From positions 1-64,000 of the IMG/VR virus record IMGVR_UViG_3300024264_001700: a stretch of 64,000 nucleotides of DNA. The stretch is one strand, 5' to 3'. The notes below the pieces were generated by a model that worked only from the letters and a program-made list of their open reading frames with translations, was not told where the DNA came from and made no database searches. Below are positions 9,058 to 18,314 of the stretch, in pieces. Made by a program: the position numbers and the translations under genes. Every line of letters starts with the position of its first letter. Within the stretch, counting starts at the first letter, position 1. The stretch is from a virus.

Positions 9058-10587
9058 ATGAATAGAGATTTAACTACTACACAAAAAGATTATGCTGTTT
9101 TTCTACCTGCGCTAAGTGGTTTTTATGCTACTTACGTAGGTAAACAGCGTTACGACGAATATGTCCTTAAAGATAGAATGCCTTCAAACTTTCCAAACAA
9201 TTGTGAAAGTTTAAATTATCTTAATCCTGATCAAGGACTATTTAATTATCACTGGACTTTGTACTCTGCAGGACACGCTGAACTAGATGTTAATAAACAC
9301 GCTCCTAAAGAAGATATGGTGCGTAATAGAGATAGGAACAACAGTTGGATACTCGGCGACTCAGGCGGCTTCCAAATTGGTAAAGGCGTTTGGGAAGGTA
9401 ACTGGAAAGATCCTAGTTGTCCTAAAGCACAGAAAAAACGTGAGCAAGTTCTTACGTGGATGGATGCTTACATGGACTACGGAATGATCCTTGATATTCC
9501 AGCCTGGGTAGCACGTTCGCCCGAAGGACAGAAAGCAACTGGTATTAGTAGTTATATGGAAGCAGTTGAAGGTACTTACATTAACAACGACTGGTTTATT
9601 CGTAACCGCAATGGTAACTGTAAATTCCTAAATGTTTTACAAGGTGAAAATCATGCTGATGCAGAAGATTGGTATCAGCGTATGAAACAGTATAGTGATC
9701 CTAAGAAATATCCAAACGAACACTTTAACGGCTGGTCAATGGGTGGACAGAACATGTGTGATGTACACCTAGTTTTAAAAAGAATTATTGCTCTTCGCTA
9801 TGACGGATTATTAGAAAAAGGTGTGCAAGACTTTATGCACTTCTTAGGTACCTCTAAATTAGAATGGGCTACGTTGCTAACTGACATACAACGAGCTGTT
9901 AGGAAACATCATAATGAAAACTTTACTGCCACATTTGACTGTGCTAGTCCTTTCCTCGCAACCGCTAATGGACAGATATACATACAAAATGAAACAGAGG
10001 ATCGTTCGAAATGGACATATCGAATGGTGCCGAGTGTTGACAATAAAAAATATGCTGCAGACAACCGTGGATTTAGAGACGCTGTTATATCAGATGGGGT
10101 ATTTAAAAACTTTGAAGACTCACCGATTACAGATGGACTCAAAGTATCAGACGTTTGCACATATGCTCCCGGAGACCTAAATAAGATAGGCAAAGAAGGA
10201 AAGACATCATGGGATAGTTTTAGTTATGCTATTCAAATGGGTCACAATGTATGGAGTCATATTAATGCTGTACAAGAAGCTAATAGACAATACGATAACG
10301 GTATTGTGCCTAGAATGCTTGTACAAGAAAAACATGACCGACTTTATTTTAGAGATGTTGTAGATGAAATTTTTGCTACTGACGACAAAGAAAAGGCATT
10401 AAAGTTAGTCGACGATCATAGTCGATTTTGGATGGCTATACCCGGTACAAGAGGTGCGATAGGTAAAAAGACTGTAAATGCAAGTACATACTTTGGAGCA
10501 CTATTTGATGTAAAAGAAACTAAAAATACTGACGAAAAAGAACTAGACGAAACTAAATTAGAGGAACTTGAGGATGAGCAACTTTGA
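9058..10587 (+). CDS. dpdA: TGT-fold 7-deazaguanine DNA transglycosylase (DpdA-like)
   Basis: LGDSGGFQ, MILDIP, NVLQG, GWSMGG, MHFLG, TFDCAS and late HN motifs of the TGT family; folE/queE nearby. Confidence 0.82.
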   Translation: MNRDLTTTQKDYAVFLPALSGFYATYVGKQRYDEYVLKDRMPSNFPNNCESLNYLNPDQGLFNYHWTLYSAGHAELDVNKHAPKEDMVRNRDRNNSWILGDSGGFQIGKGVWEGNWKDPSCPKAQKKREQVLTWMDAYMDYGMILDIPAWVARSPEGQKATGISSYMEAVEGTYINNDWFIRNRNGNCKFLNVLQGENHADAEDWYQRMKQYSDPKKYPNEHFNGWSMGGQNMCDVHLVLKRIIALRYDGLLEKGVQDFMHFLGTSKLEWATLLTDIQRAVRKHHNENFTATFDCASPFLATANGQIYIQNETEDRSKWTYRMVPSVDNKKYAADNRGFRDAVISDGVFKNFEDSPITDGLKVSDVCTYAPGDLNKIGKEGKTSWDSFSYAIQMGHNVWSHINAVQEANRQYDNGIVPRMLVQEKHDRLYFRDVVDEIFATDDKEKALKLVDDHSRFWMAIPGTRGAIGKKTVNASTYFGALFDVKETKNTDEKELDETKLEELEDEQL

Positions 10588-10777
10588 AGACGAAGTAGAC
10601 AAACTACAGGCGCATTTAGAAGAACTTACACGCAAACACAGAGAGCTTGACGTTGAGCTTGAAGTAGAGTATAATAATATAAACATTACTCCAGAAGTTC
10701 GACGTTTAAAAACTATGAAACTATATCTAAAAGATGAAATACATCGTATTCACACAAAACTAGGACAGCTACAATGA
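10574..10777 (+). CDS. small coiled-coil protein (DUF465-like)
   Basis: LEELTRKHRELD...RRLKTMKLYLKDEI pattern. Confidence 0.65.
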   Translation: MSNFEDEVDKLQAHLEELTRKHRELDVELEVEYNNINITPEVRRLKTMKLYLKDEIHRIHTKLGQLQ

Positions 10778-11295
10778 AGCGTGATTACGACACAGGCGAA
10801 GCAGATAGTATTACGTTCTTTACAGGTGTAGAAGTTGAAAAGACTCCTGCGTTCGGAATGAAGACACTGTTTGTTACTGGTATTCAAGACTACAACGAGA
10901 TTATGAAGTACTACGAACAAGAAGGTTGCGAACATATTTTCTTTGGTGCTAATCATAGTTATAATCCTATAACATCGGATGAGTTTGAAAACTGGGATCT
11001 AATGATTCGTGCGTTTACTGATCAAGGTATCCTTTGTAGTTTAGACATTCCAAGCACTATTAACCTTGAATGGTTTTTAGACGGCGGGCTTGTTGAAAGC
11101 AATAGTTTTATTCCACAACTTCGTGTTGTAGTCCCATATGTTGCACAGTGGGGATACAATGCAATGATTAAAGTCGACGACAAAGACTTTAAAGCAAGTA
11201 ATCCAGGCGTTTGGTGCCATAGCCTGCATGATTTGATGGACCGTAATAAATTTACGGATTGGAGCAAATATGGCCTTGACAAAGTTCTAAAGTGA
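10774..11295 (+). CDS. conserved-looking hypothetical protein in deazaguanine locus
   Basis: 173 aa, coupled ATGA overlap; HIFFGANHS and NPGVWCHSLH motifs. Confidence 0.7.
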   Translation: MKRDYDTGEADSITFFTGVEVEKTPAFGMKTLFVTGIQDYNEIMKYYEQEGCEHIFFGANHSYNPITSDEFENWDLMIRAFTDQGILCSLDIPSTINLEWFLDGGLVESNSFIPQLRVVVPYVAQWGYNAMIKVDDKDFKASNPGVWCHSLHDLMDRNKFTDWSKYGLDKVLK

Positions 11296-11304
11296 AAGTA
11301 TACT
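11276..11304 (+). promoter_or_regulatory. sigma70-type promoter
   Basis: TTGACA(11276-11281)-17 bp-TATACT(11299-11304). Confidence 0.7.
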
Positions 11305-11311
11305 TAATATA

Positions 11312-11749
11312 ATGCAAGAACGCTATTACGATTACATGAAACGCAGAATGAGAGAAGAAGACAGAATGGATAAAGCAGAACGCAGTATCTGGGTAACCTT
11401 TACAAAAGAAGGTGTACATATGTACCCAGGCGCAGATACTGATCCTAAACTAGCAACCGGCGATTGGGATGACGTATCATTCCTTGGTATTCCACATCGT
11501 CATATCTTTCACTTTCGTGTTCGTATTGAAGTATTTCATAACGATCGCGACATTGAGTTCATTCAGTTCAAACGCTGGATGCAACGACTCTATGACGTCG
11601 AAGGCGTATTAGAGCTTAACCACAAGAGCTGTGAGATGATCGCAGACGACTTGTACAAAGAAATCGCTGCAAAGTACCCCGGCCGCTTTGTAGAGATCAG
11701 CGTAGCTGAAGATAACGAAAATGGCTGTCAAATTATTTACCCAGCATAA
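11312..11749 (+). CDS. QueD/PTPS-like T-fold protein (DpdL-type motif)
   Basis: GVHMYP, FLGIPHRHIFHFRV (LxxxHRHxF in place of CxxxHGH), DIEFIQFK, SCEMIA, VAEDNENG. Confidence 0.78.
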   Translation: MQERYYDYMKRRMREEDRMDKAERSIWVTFTKEGVHMYPGADTDPKLATGDWDDVSFLGIPHRHIFHFRVRIEVFHNDRDIEFIQFKRWMQRLYDVEGVLELNHKSCEMIADDLYKEIAAKYPGRFVEISVAEDNENGCQIIYPA

Positions 11750-11762
11750 AGGAATTAGGTAA

Positions 11763-11960
11763 ATGACTATCAAAAATCCGGTAGTAAATAAAGTGTTTAA
11801 CGATCTTGACGCTTTTCTCGACTTTTGTCGCTTTGAAGGTCCAGGCTATGTTTATAATGAAAAAGATTTATATAAACGTGATGCCCCTGTATGGATTGCA
11901 TATCAAAAGTGGCAAAACTGGAAACGAGCAAAAGCTCGGGCAGAAAGTAGGAAAAGATAA
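11763..11960 (+). CDS. hypothetical protein
   Basis: 65 aa, RBS present, coupled to the next gene. Confidence 0.65.
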   Translation: MTIKNPVVNKVFNDLDAFLDFCRFEGPGYVYNEKDLYKRDAPVWIAYQKWQNWKRAKARAESRKR

Positions 11961-13018
11961 TGACAATTCATATTGTAGACATCGAAGCAGTAGACACACG
12001 TTATACTAAGCAATGGAAAGAACATCTTCCACGGCAACTGCAACGAGCTACAAATGAGAAAGTAAATGTTATTAGTGGTGGAGAAACTCCTCAGGCAACT
12101 ACGCCTGGGGCGTTTTTAAACTTTGGCGGTACAAACGTTTACAAAAGTAAACAACTAGAAACCATCGGTGAAATGTTCTGCAAAGGACAAGTAGCTGATG
12201 GTGACTATTTTTTATACACAGATGCGTGGAACCCTACTGTTATACAACTACGCTATATGGCAGAACTATTAGGCGTTGACATTAATGTCGGCGGTTTATG
12301 GCATGCGGGTAGTTATGATCCTCAAGACTTCTTAGGTAGACTTATAGGTGATAAGCCTTGGGTTAGACATGCTGAGATGGCAATGTTTGAATGTTATGAT
12401 GATAACTTTTTTGCAAGTGACTTCCATATTGATATGTTTACAGATGTATTTGACGAAGATTATGCATTAGACTGGGACAAGATAAATCGTGTAGGATGGC
12501 CTATGGAATATCTAAAGAATAGTTTAAACAGTTACAAAGGTATGGAGAAACGTAATCTTATACTCTTTCCACATCGTGTTGCTCCTGAGAAGCAAGTCGA
12601 TATCTTTAGAGACTTATCAGATCAACTTCCTGAGTACGAGTTTGTAGTATGTCAAGAACGTGAACTTACAAAGAACGAATATCATAACTTGTTAGGTGAG
12701 GCTAAACTAGTGTTCTCAGCTAACCTGCAAGAAACACTTGGCATTAGTTGGTACGAAGGTGCATTAGTAGATGCTATTCCTATGGTGCCTGATAGACTGA
12801 GCTATAGTGAAATGGCGTTACCAGAGTTTAAGTATCCCAGCAAGTGGACTGAAGACTATAGCACTTATAGAATACATAGATCAGAAGTAGTTTCACAAAT
12901 ACGCAACTATATGGAAAACTTCAACGACTATCTTGTAAGTTTAGAAAAGCAACGTACGAAACTTAACAAAGAATTTTTTAGCGGAGCAGCACTATATGAC
13001 ACAATCAGAGACGAATGA
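11960..13018 (+). CDS. GT-B glycosyltransferase
   Basis: LWHAGSYDP, FPHRVAPEKQ, QETLGISWYEG (ExxGxxxxE donor-binding motif). Confidence 0.8.
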   Translation: MTIHIVDIEAVDTRYTKQWKEHLPRQLQRATNEKVNVISGGETPQATTPGAFLNFGGTNVYKSKQLETIGEMFCKGQVADGDYFLYTDAWNPTVIQLRYMAELLGVDINVGGLWHAGSYDPQDFLGRLIGDKPWVRHAEMAMFECYDDNFFASDFHIDMFTDVFDEDYALDWDKINRVGWPMEYLKNSLNSYKGMEKRNLILFPHRVAPEKQVDIFRDLSDQLPEYEFVVCQERELTKNEYHNLLGEAKLVFSANLQETLGISWYEGALVDAIPMVPDRLSYSEMALPEFKYPSKWTEDYSTYRIHRSEVVSQIRNYMENFNDYLVSLEKQRTKLNKEFFSGAALYDTIRDE

Positions 13019-13337
13019 AACTATCACTATCTCTACTACATCCGATAGTGATTATACATTTGATATCGCCGATTTAACAGTTGATACTATTGATATTAGT
13101 AGTATTACATCAGGTACTGTTAGTACTATTACACTCGAAGACACACATTGGGCTGACAGTATTACTTGGGAACAAGTTGAGTTTGAAGATAGTATGCCTA
13201 GTGTTGCTAAAGTAGAAGATATGTGCAAAGACTATCCGGCACTAGACAAAGCATACGAAAATTTTAAAACAATTTATAAGATGGTTCATCAAGACTGGAA
13301 AGGCAAGAACGACAAGGACAAGGAGTTACCTTTTTAA
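12996..13337 (+). CDS. hypothetical protein
   Basis: Thr/Ser/Asp-rich N-terminus; C-terminal MCKDYPALDKAYENFKTIY. Confidence 0.65.
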   Translation: MTQSETNETITISTTSDSDYTFDIADLTVDTIDISSITSGTVSTITLEDTHWADSITWEQVEFEDSMPSVAKVEDMCKDYPALDKAYENFKTIYKMVHQDWKGKNDKDKELPF

Positions 13338-13561
13338 TGTTACATACTATTGAAGACTTAATTCGCCGCATTAATACTATGCATGACTTAGCAGTACAAG
13401 CACATCGTGTTCGTAACGAGTTTGCTGAAATCTCTTACAAAGAATATGATCATGCAACTTGTAAAGATTTGTTAGAGCAAGTACAAAGTCTTGCATATGG
13501 TATTGCACATGATAAAGAAGGCGATGAAATTAAAACTGAAATGGATGAATGGAAAAAATGA
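13337..13561 (+). CDS. hypothetical protein
   Basis: 74 aa, AGGAG RBS, TAATG coupling. Confidence 0.65.
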   Translation: MLHTIEDLIRRINTMHDLAVQAHRVRNEFAEISYKEYDHATCKDLLEQVQSLAYGIAHDKEGDEIKTEMDEWKK

Positions 13562-14136
13562 AGAAGAAATTTTACAGTTGGAATGATGTTCATGATACAG
13601 CTACTAGCATAGCAATGCAAATGTATAAGGACAACTGGCGGCCCGATTATATTGTAGGTTTAAATAGAGGTGGATTACCGCTAAGTGTTATACTAAGTCA
13701 TCTAACTGACTGTAACCATTATGCATTAGATGTAAGACTGCGAGATGGTGACGGGCAAGGTCCTGAAAGCAACTGTTGGATGGCTGAGGATGCGTTTGGA
13801 TACGAACATTACAAGATACTAGAACACAATGCAGACATTAGTGCCAGTGCAGGAGAACCTATTTTAAATCTTCCTATTAGCAGAGAAAACATTCTTATTG
13901 TAGATGACATCAATGATACTGGTGCTACGTTCAACTGGATTAAACAAGATTGGCAAAGTAGTTGTTTGCCAGATGATCCTAACTGGAATACTGTATGGGG
14001 ACAGAATGTTCGCTTTGCTGTAATGACTGAAAACTTGAGCAGCGGATTTGGTGAAGTACAATATCACTGGGACGAAGTTAATAAAGTAGAAGAAGATGTA
14101 TGGTTAGTATATCCATACGAAAAACAAGGAAGATAA
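13549..14136 (+). CDS. type I phosphoribosyltransferase (purine PRT-like)
   Basis: VGLNRGG, ILIVDDINDTGAT PRPP-binding loop, WLVYPYE. Confidence 0.88.
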   Translation: MEKMKKKFYSWNDVHDTATSIAMQMYKDNWRPDYIVGLNRGGLPLSVILSHLTDCNHYALDVRLRDGDGQGPESNCWMAEDAFGYEHYKILEHNADISASAGEPILNLPISRENILIVDDINDTGATFNWIKQDWQSSCLPDDPNWNTVWGQNVRFAVMTENLSSGFGEVQYHWDEVNKVEEDVWLVYPYEKQGR

Positions 14137-14137
14137 G

Positions 14138-14443
14138 ATGAAAGAATATTTTAATTTTAATGGAACAGCAAAGCGCCAAGAATACTGGGCTGTATTAGTT
14201 GTTTCTATTCTAGCATATGTAGCAGGATTTATTGCGCTAGAAGGTTCAGGTGGCTTAGGTGCGCTGATTGCAATTGTTGTATTCGTTGCTGCCTTATGGG
14301 CTATGATTGCTGTTACAGTAAAGCGTCTGCGTGATGCAGGACTTAACGTATGGTGGATATTAGTTACACTAATTCCATACGTTGGCACAGTCGCAACTAT
14401 TGCTTTTGGTTGCATCGGATCTAAACAAGGAGATACAGAATGA
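14138..14443 (+). CDS. DUF805 family inner-membrane protein
   Basis: YFNFNGTAKRQEYW and VTVKRLRDAG motifs, 3 TM segments. Confidence 0.85.
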   Translation: MKEYFNFNGTAKRQEYWAVLVVSILAYVAGFIALEGSGGLGALIAIVVFVAALWAMIAVTVKRLRDAGLNVWWILVTLIPYVGTVATIAFGCIGSKQGDTE

Positions 14444-14640
14444 AAGAACAATTAGTAAAAGCAGCACGAATGCATGCCGAAGGTGAGCTAGAACGTGCAA
14501 AAACAAATATTTTGGTTTATATGAATCACAGTGTGGGCATTGGTGAACACAGTGATATTGTAGAAGCTATTCAAGAAGAACTTGATAAAATGGCTTCGGC
14601 AACTGATCGTATTGAAATGTTGAAAGAACATTTTGAATGA
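14440..14640 (+). CDS. hypothetical protein
   Basis: 66 aa, VGIGEHSDI motif, GGAG RBS. Confidence 0.7.
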   Translation: MKEQLVKAARMHAEGELERAKTNILVYMNHSVGIGEHSDIVEAIQEELDKMASATDRIEMLKEHFE

Positions 14641-15383
14641 TGTTTTGGAAAAAGAAAAAACCAAAATTAAAATTTTATTGTCAGCTTCCTGAAGTACAAG
14701 AAACTTATCCAATTGTTCCATCAAAGGAAGTAAGCTTTTCTTGGCAAAAGGAAGTTGTCAAAAACTATAAGGCTCAGAATGCAGTAGAAGGTACTAAAAG
14801 AGCAATTACTAGTTCTGTAAAATGTCCAGGTATTGTACCTTCTATGCGTATGGGGTATATTGTAAAATCATGGTTTGACCTTACAATAATAACTGAAAAA
14901 GATGATCCTAAAAAGTTTCAATATTTTTTCAATGATAAAATGTATCGATATCTTGAAGAACGGAACTTCCATAAAGCAAGATTAATTTCGTGGTTTAGTT
15001 CAGAAGATAAAGCTCACACTGTTCCTCTTGCTGAAAATGATCTACAAGAATTAATTAAAATATCTACACCGTGGTGGGTTGATGTACCTAAGGGTTATAA
15101 ATTATTAGTTACTCCTATTACATACGGAGACAGAACAGAGTTTTCATCAGTACACGGAGTTCTAGATCATAGTGCGCAATGGCCTATTAATGTTATTTTA
15201 AAATGGCATAAGAGACCAGGCGAAACATTCATACCGGCAGGAACTCCACTTTGTCAACTTATATTAGTTAAAGACGATGAGGTTCCTTACGAAATATCGC
15301 CATGGACAGAAAAAAATCTTGATGCAGATTTATATAATGATTTTATGAATCATCATAGTTTTACACCAAAACCAAAAAAATAA
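14637..15383 (+). CDS. hypothetical protein, possible dUTPase-like beta fold
   Basis: KCPG...GYIV..WFD, TPWW, IPAGTPLCQLI. Confidence 0.55.
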   Translation: MMFWKKKKPKLKFYCQLPEVQETYPIVPSKEVSFSWQKEVVKNYKAQNAVEGTKRAITSSVKCPGIVPSMRMGYIVKSWFDLTIITEKDDPKKFQYFFNDKMYRYLEERNFHKARLISWFSSEDKAHTVPLAENDLQELIKISTPWWVDVPKGYKLLVTPITYGDRTEFSSVHGVLDHSAQWPINVILKWHKRPGETFIPAGTPLCQLILVKDDEVPYEISPWTEKNLDADLYNDFMNHHSFTPKPKK

Positions 15384-15384
15384 G

Positions 15385-15413
15385 TTGACATTAACCTAAA
15401 TACATTGTATAAT
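15385..15413 (+). promoter_or_regulatory. sigma70-type promoter for folE-queE
   Basis: TTGACA(15385-15390)-17 bp-TATAAT(15408-15413). Confidence 0.8.
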
Positions 15414-15458
15414 AAATTTAACTACAGGCAATCCACTGCCTTAACATCGGAGAAACAT

Positions 15459-16142
15459 ATGAGTAAAAGTGAAGAGATTAAAGCCCGCCTAGTACAGGCA
15501 AAGAGCCGTTACTGGGCTGGCGATAATATTAGTGCAGTGTTGCAAGAAGGTGACAAAGAAGCACTTATCGACGAAGCAACTACAGCATTTGAAAGTGTAC
15601 TAGATGCGCTTGTAATTGATAGATATCAAGATCCTAACAGCAAAGGTACAGCAAAACGTCTTGCTAAAATGTACTACAATGAAATTATGGCAGGACGTTA
15701 TGACCCTGCACCTACTGCAACAGCATTTCCAAATGATTCAGATGATCGCTATGAAGGTATGTTAGTAGTACGCAGTGAACTTAAAAGTATGTGTTCGCAT
15801 CATCACCAGCCAGTAGCAGGTATTGCGTATATTGGTATTATTGCCGCTGATAAGTTAATTGGACTTAGCAAATACACACGCATTGCACAATGGTGTGCTC
15901 GACGTGGTACACTGCAAGAAGAACTTGCAAATGATATTGCACGTGAGATTCAAGCAGCAACTGACGCAGAACACTTGGGTGTTTACATTCAAGCAACACA
16001 TGGTTGTTGTGAGAATCGTGGTATTATGGCACACAGTAGTTTAACACAAACTACAGTACTACGTGGTGCATTTAAAGATGACGCAGGTACAAAGAAAGAG
16101 TTCTTTGATAACATTAAACTACAACAAGAGTTTAGTTGCTAA
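15459..16142 (+). CDS. folE: GTP cyclohydrolase I
   Basis: SMCSHHHQP, IGLSKYTRI, LQEEL, ATHGCCENRG; start refined to ATG 15459 (GGAG RBS). Confidence 0.95.
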   Translation: MSKSEEIKARLVQAKSRYWAGDNISAVLQEGDKEALIDEATTAFESVLDALVIDRYQDPNSKGTAKRLAKMYYNEIMAGRYDPAPTATAFPNDSDDRYEGMLVVRSELKSMCSHHHQPVAGIAYIGIIAADKLIGLSKYTRIAQWCARRGTLQEELANDIAREIQAATDAEHLGVYIQATHGCCENRGIMAHSSLTQTTVLRGAFKDDAGTKKEFFDNIKLQQEFSC

Positions 16143-16741
16143 TGAATCGCTTAATAGCATTTGGGTGTAGTTATACATACGGACATGGACTTGAAGATTG
16201 TGTTAAACATGATTTAAGTCCAGGTTCGACCCCTAGCCAATTAGCTTGGCCGAAACTACTAGCTGATAAACTTAATTTAGAATGTCTAAATGAAGGTATC
16301 CCAGGTGCAAGCAATAAACAGATATGGCACAAAATAATGAATTATGACTTTGATCCAACAGATATGATTTTTATTCTATGGTCTTCTAATCAAAGACATT
16401 GCGTAATTAATGAAGATTTAACAATTGAAAGTATAGGACATTGGTCTAACAGTAAGATTTCTAAAGCATATTTTAAATATTTACACAATGATATTGATCA
16501 AAGCATTGATACAAATTTACGCATTAGTCACTGTAACTATTATTTAAATGATAAAGGTATTAAACATTATAATATACTTTTTAAAAAACAGCAAATAGAA
16601 AACTTTAATAATACTAAAATATTAGATGTTGATTTTAGAGATTTGAAACATAAGATGCCAAGAGCAGTTGATAAACTACATCCCGGAAAAAAAGCACATG
16701 AAACATTTGCAAATAATATATATAAGGAAATAAACTTATGA
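16142..16741 (+). CDS. SGNH/GDSL hydrolase-like protein
   Basis: AFGCSYTYG (block I), NEGIPGASN (block II), DKLHPG (DxxH). Confidence 0.7.
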   Translation: MNRLIAFGCSYTYGHGLEDCVKHDLSPGSTPSQLAWPKLLADKLNLECLNEGIPGASNKQIWHKIMNYDFDPTDMIFILWSSNQRHCVINEDLTIESIGHWSNSKISKAYFKYLHNDIDQSIDTNLRISHCNYYLNDKGIKHYNILFKKQQIENFNNTKILDVDFRDLKHKMPRAVDKLHPGKKAHETFANNIYKEINL

Positions 16742-17631
16742 AACTAAGATATTCAGAAGCATTTTATAGTGTACAAGGCGAAGGCAAGTTTGTAGGAGTA
16801 CCCAGTGTATTCCTACGCACTTTTGGTTGTAACTTTCGTTGCATGAATTTTGGTACTAACGAAAAACGTAATCGTACAGAATTACACGCTGACGGCATTA
16901 GATACAATGCTGAAGTAAAAGATTTAATTGATGCAAAGGTACACGAAACTACAAAAGAGTTTAATGACTTGCCTATTATACACACAGGTTGTGATACATA
17001 CGCAAGTATCTATCCAGAGTTTAAACACTTTAATAAACAAGCAACTGTAGACGAAGTAGTCGAACACTTGCTATCGCTCACTCCTAACGGTAAGTGGGTA
17101 CAAGAAAATGGGCAGGACGTCCATCTTATTCTAACAGGCGGTGAGCCGTTGTTGGCGTGGCAACGACTTTATGTTGAACTATTTGAACACCCACGTATGC
17201 AGGATCTAAAAAATGTCACATTTGAAACAAACACTACACAACCTTTACATAGCGATTTCTACGACTATCTTAACACTCAAGACAGATTTGAAGTCACATG
17301 GAGTTGTTCCCCAAAACTTAGTGTTAGCGGAGAACCTTGGGAAACTGCTATACTCCCTGTTGTTGCTAATCAGTATAACAGTGTTAACGGTAGTGAACTT
17401 TATTTTAAGTTTGTTGTCGCTACTCAAGATGATTTTGACGAAGTCAAAAGAGCTGTGGACGCTTACAGAAGTGCCGGGTTACAATGTCCGGTATACCTTA
17501 TGCCGTTGGGTGGACGCAGTGAAGAATATGCCCTCAATGTTAAAGACGTTGCTGAAGCGTGTATGGCAGAAGGATGGAGATTTACCCCAAGACTCCACAT
17601 TAGCTTATTCGGAAATGCCTGGGGAACTTAA
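16738..17631 (+). CDS. queE: 7-carboxy-7-deazaguanine synthase (radical SAM)
   Basis: SEAFYSVQGEG, FLRTFGCNFRC...GCDT, LTGGEP, FETN, SPKL, RLH. Confidence 0.92.
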   Translation: MKLRYSEAFYSVQGEGKFVGVPSVFLRTFGCNFRCMNFGTNEKRNRTELHADGIRYNAEVKDLIDAKVHETTKEFNDLPIIHTGCDTYASIYPEFKHFNKQATVDEVVEHLLSLTPNGKWVQENGQDVHLILTGGEPLLAWQRLYVELFEHPRMQDLKNVTFETNTTQPLHSDFYDYLNTQDRFEVTWSCSPKLSVSGEPWETAILPVVANQYNSVNGSELYFKFVVATQDDFDEVKRAVDAYRSAGLQCPVYLMPLGGRSEEYALNVKDVAEACMAEGWRFTPRLHISLFGNAWGT

Positions 17632-17697
17632 AGAAAACGAACAATTGCGTAAAGCAATGGAAGCGCCGATTGATTATGAAAGATTAAGGAAACACTT

Positions 17698-17898
17698 ATG
17701 AAAGATCCAAAAGTAACTGATCTTGTAAAACAATTTAACAAAGATATAGCGGCGCTTAATAAAACTTGGGCGGCGCTACAAAAACATGGAGTGTATGCTA
17801 GAGTAAATATTAAAGGTACTGCTACATATACAGAACCTAAATATATTGAAGTAACTGAGATTACACAGCATGTAGCATATATGAAGGAGGAATCATAA
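17698..17898 (+). CDS. hypothetical protein
   Basis: 66 aa, AAGGA RBS. Confidence 0.6.
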   Translation: MKDPKVTDLVKQFNKDIAALNKTWAALQKHGVYARVNIKGTATYTEPKYIEVTEITQHVAYMKEES

Positions 17899-18314
17899 TG
17901 GGTTGGTGGAATAAAAAAGTAAGAGACTTAACTGGTATCACTGCTAAAGAAGAAGCTCTTGCAGCCGAAGAAGCACGTATTAAAGAAGAAGAAATGAAAC
18001 TTCTTAAAAAGAAGGATCCTAAAGCATATCATACACGCCGCAAAGAGCCTTGGGTAAATGTACTTGACATGAAAGTCAATAAAGATAATATTCGCAATGG
18101 CTTCTTTGAACTTGATTGGAACGAATACTTTATTAAAGAACTAATTGACAACGGATACGGTGTTAAAAACGATCCTGATGAAGAAATTGTAGATCGCTGG
18201 TTCCGTGATATTGTATATGGGATGCTTGAAGAAGAAGGCATTGATGCAACAGATAGAGGTGCAGGATATATTAATGTTGTGCCAATTGACAAAGGCAAAA
18301 GTGAGATATCATGA
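17898..18314 (+). CDS. hypothetical protein
   Basis: 138 aa, GGAGG RBS; EPWVNV, GFFELDWN, IVDRWF. Confidence 0.75.
   Translation: MGWWNKKVRDLTGITAKEEALAAEEARIKEEEMKLLKKKDPKAYHTRRKEPWVNVLDMKVNKDNIRNGFFELDWNEYFIKELIDNGYGVKNDPDEEIVDRWFRDIVYGMLEEEGIDATDRGAGYINVVPIDKGKSEIS

Noticed and set aside
9058-10587. Canonical tRNA-modifying tgt (queuosine pathway)
   Set aside because: Divergent, longer, no CxCxxC zinc site and no queA/queF; phage context favours a DNA-acting DpdA
17213-17701. 162-aa ORF overlapping queE
   Set aside because: Out of frame within queE; at most the last 28 codons (ATG 17615) could be a micro-ORF, with no support
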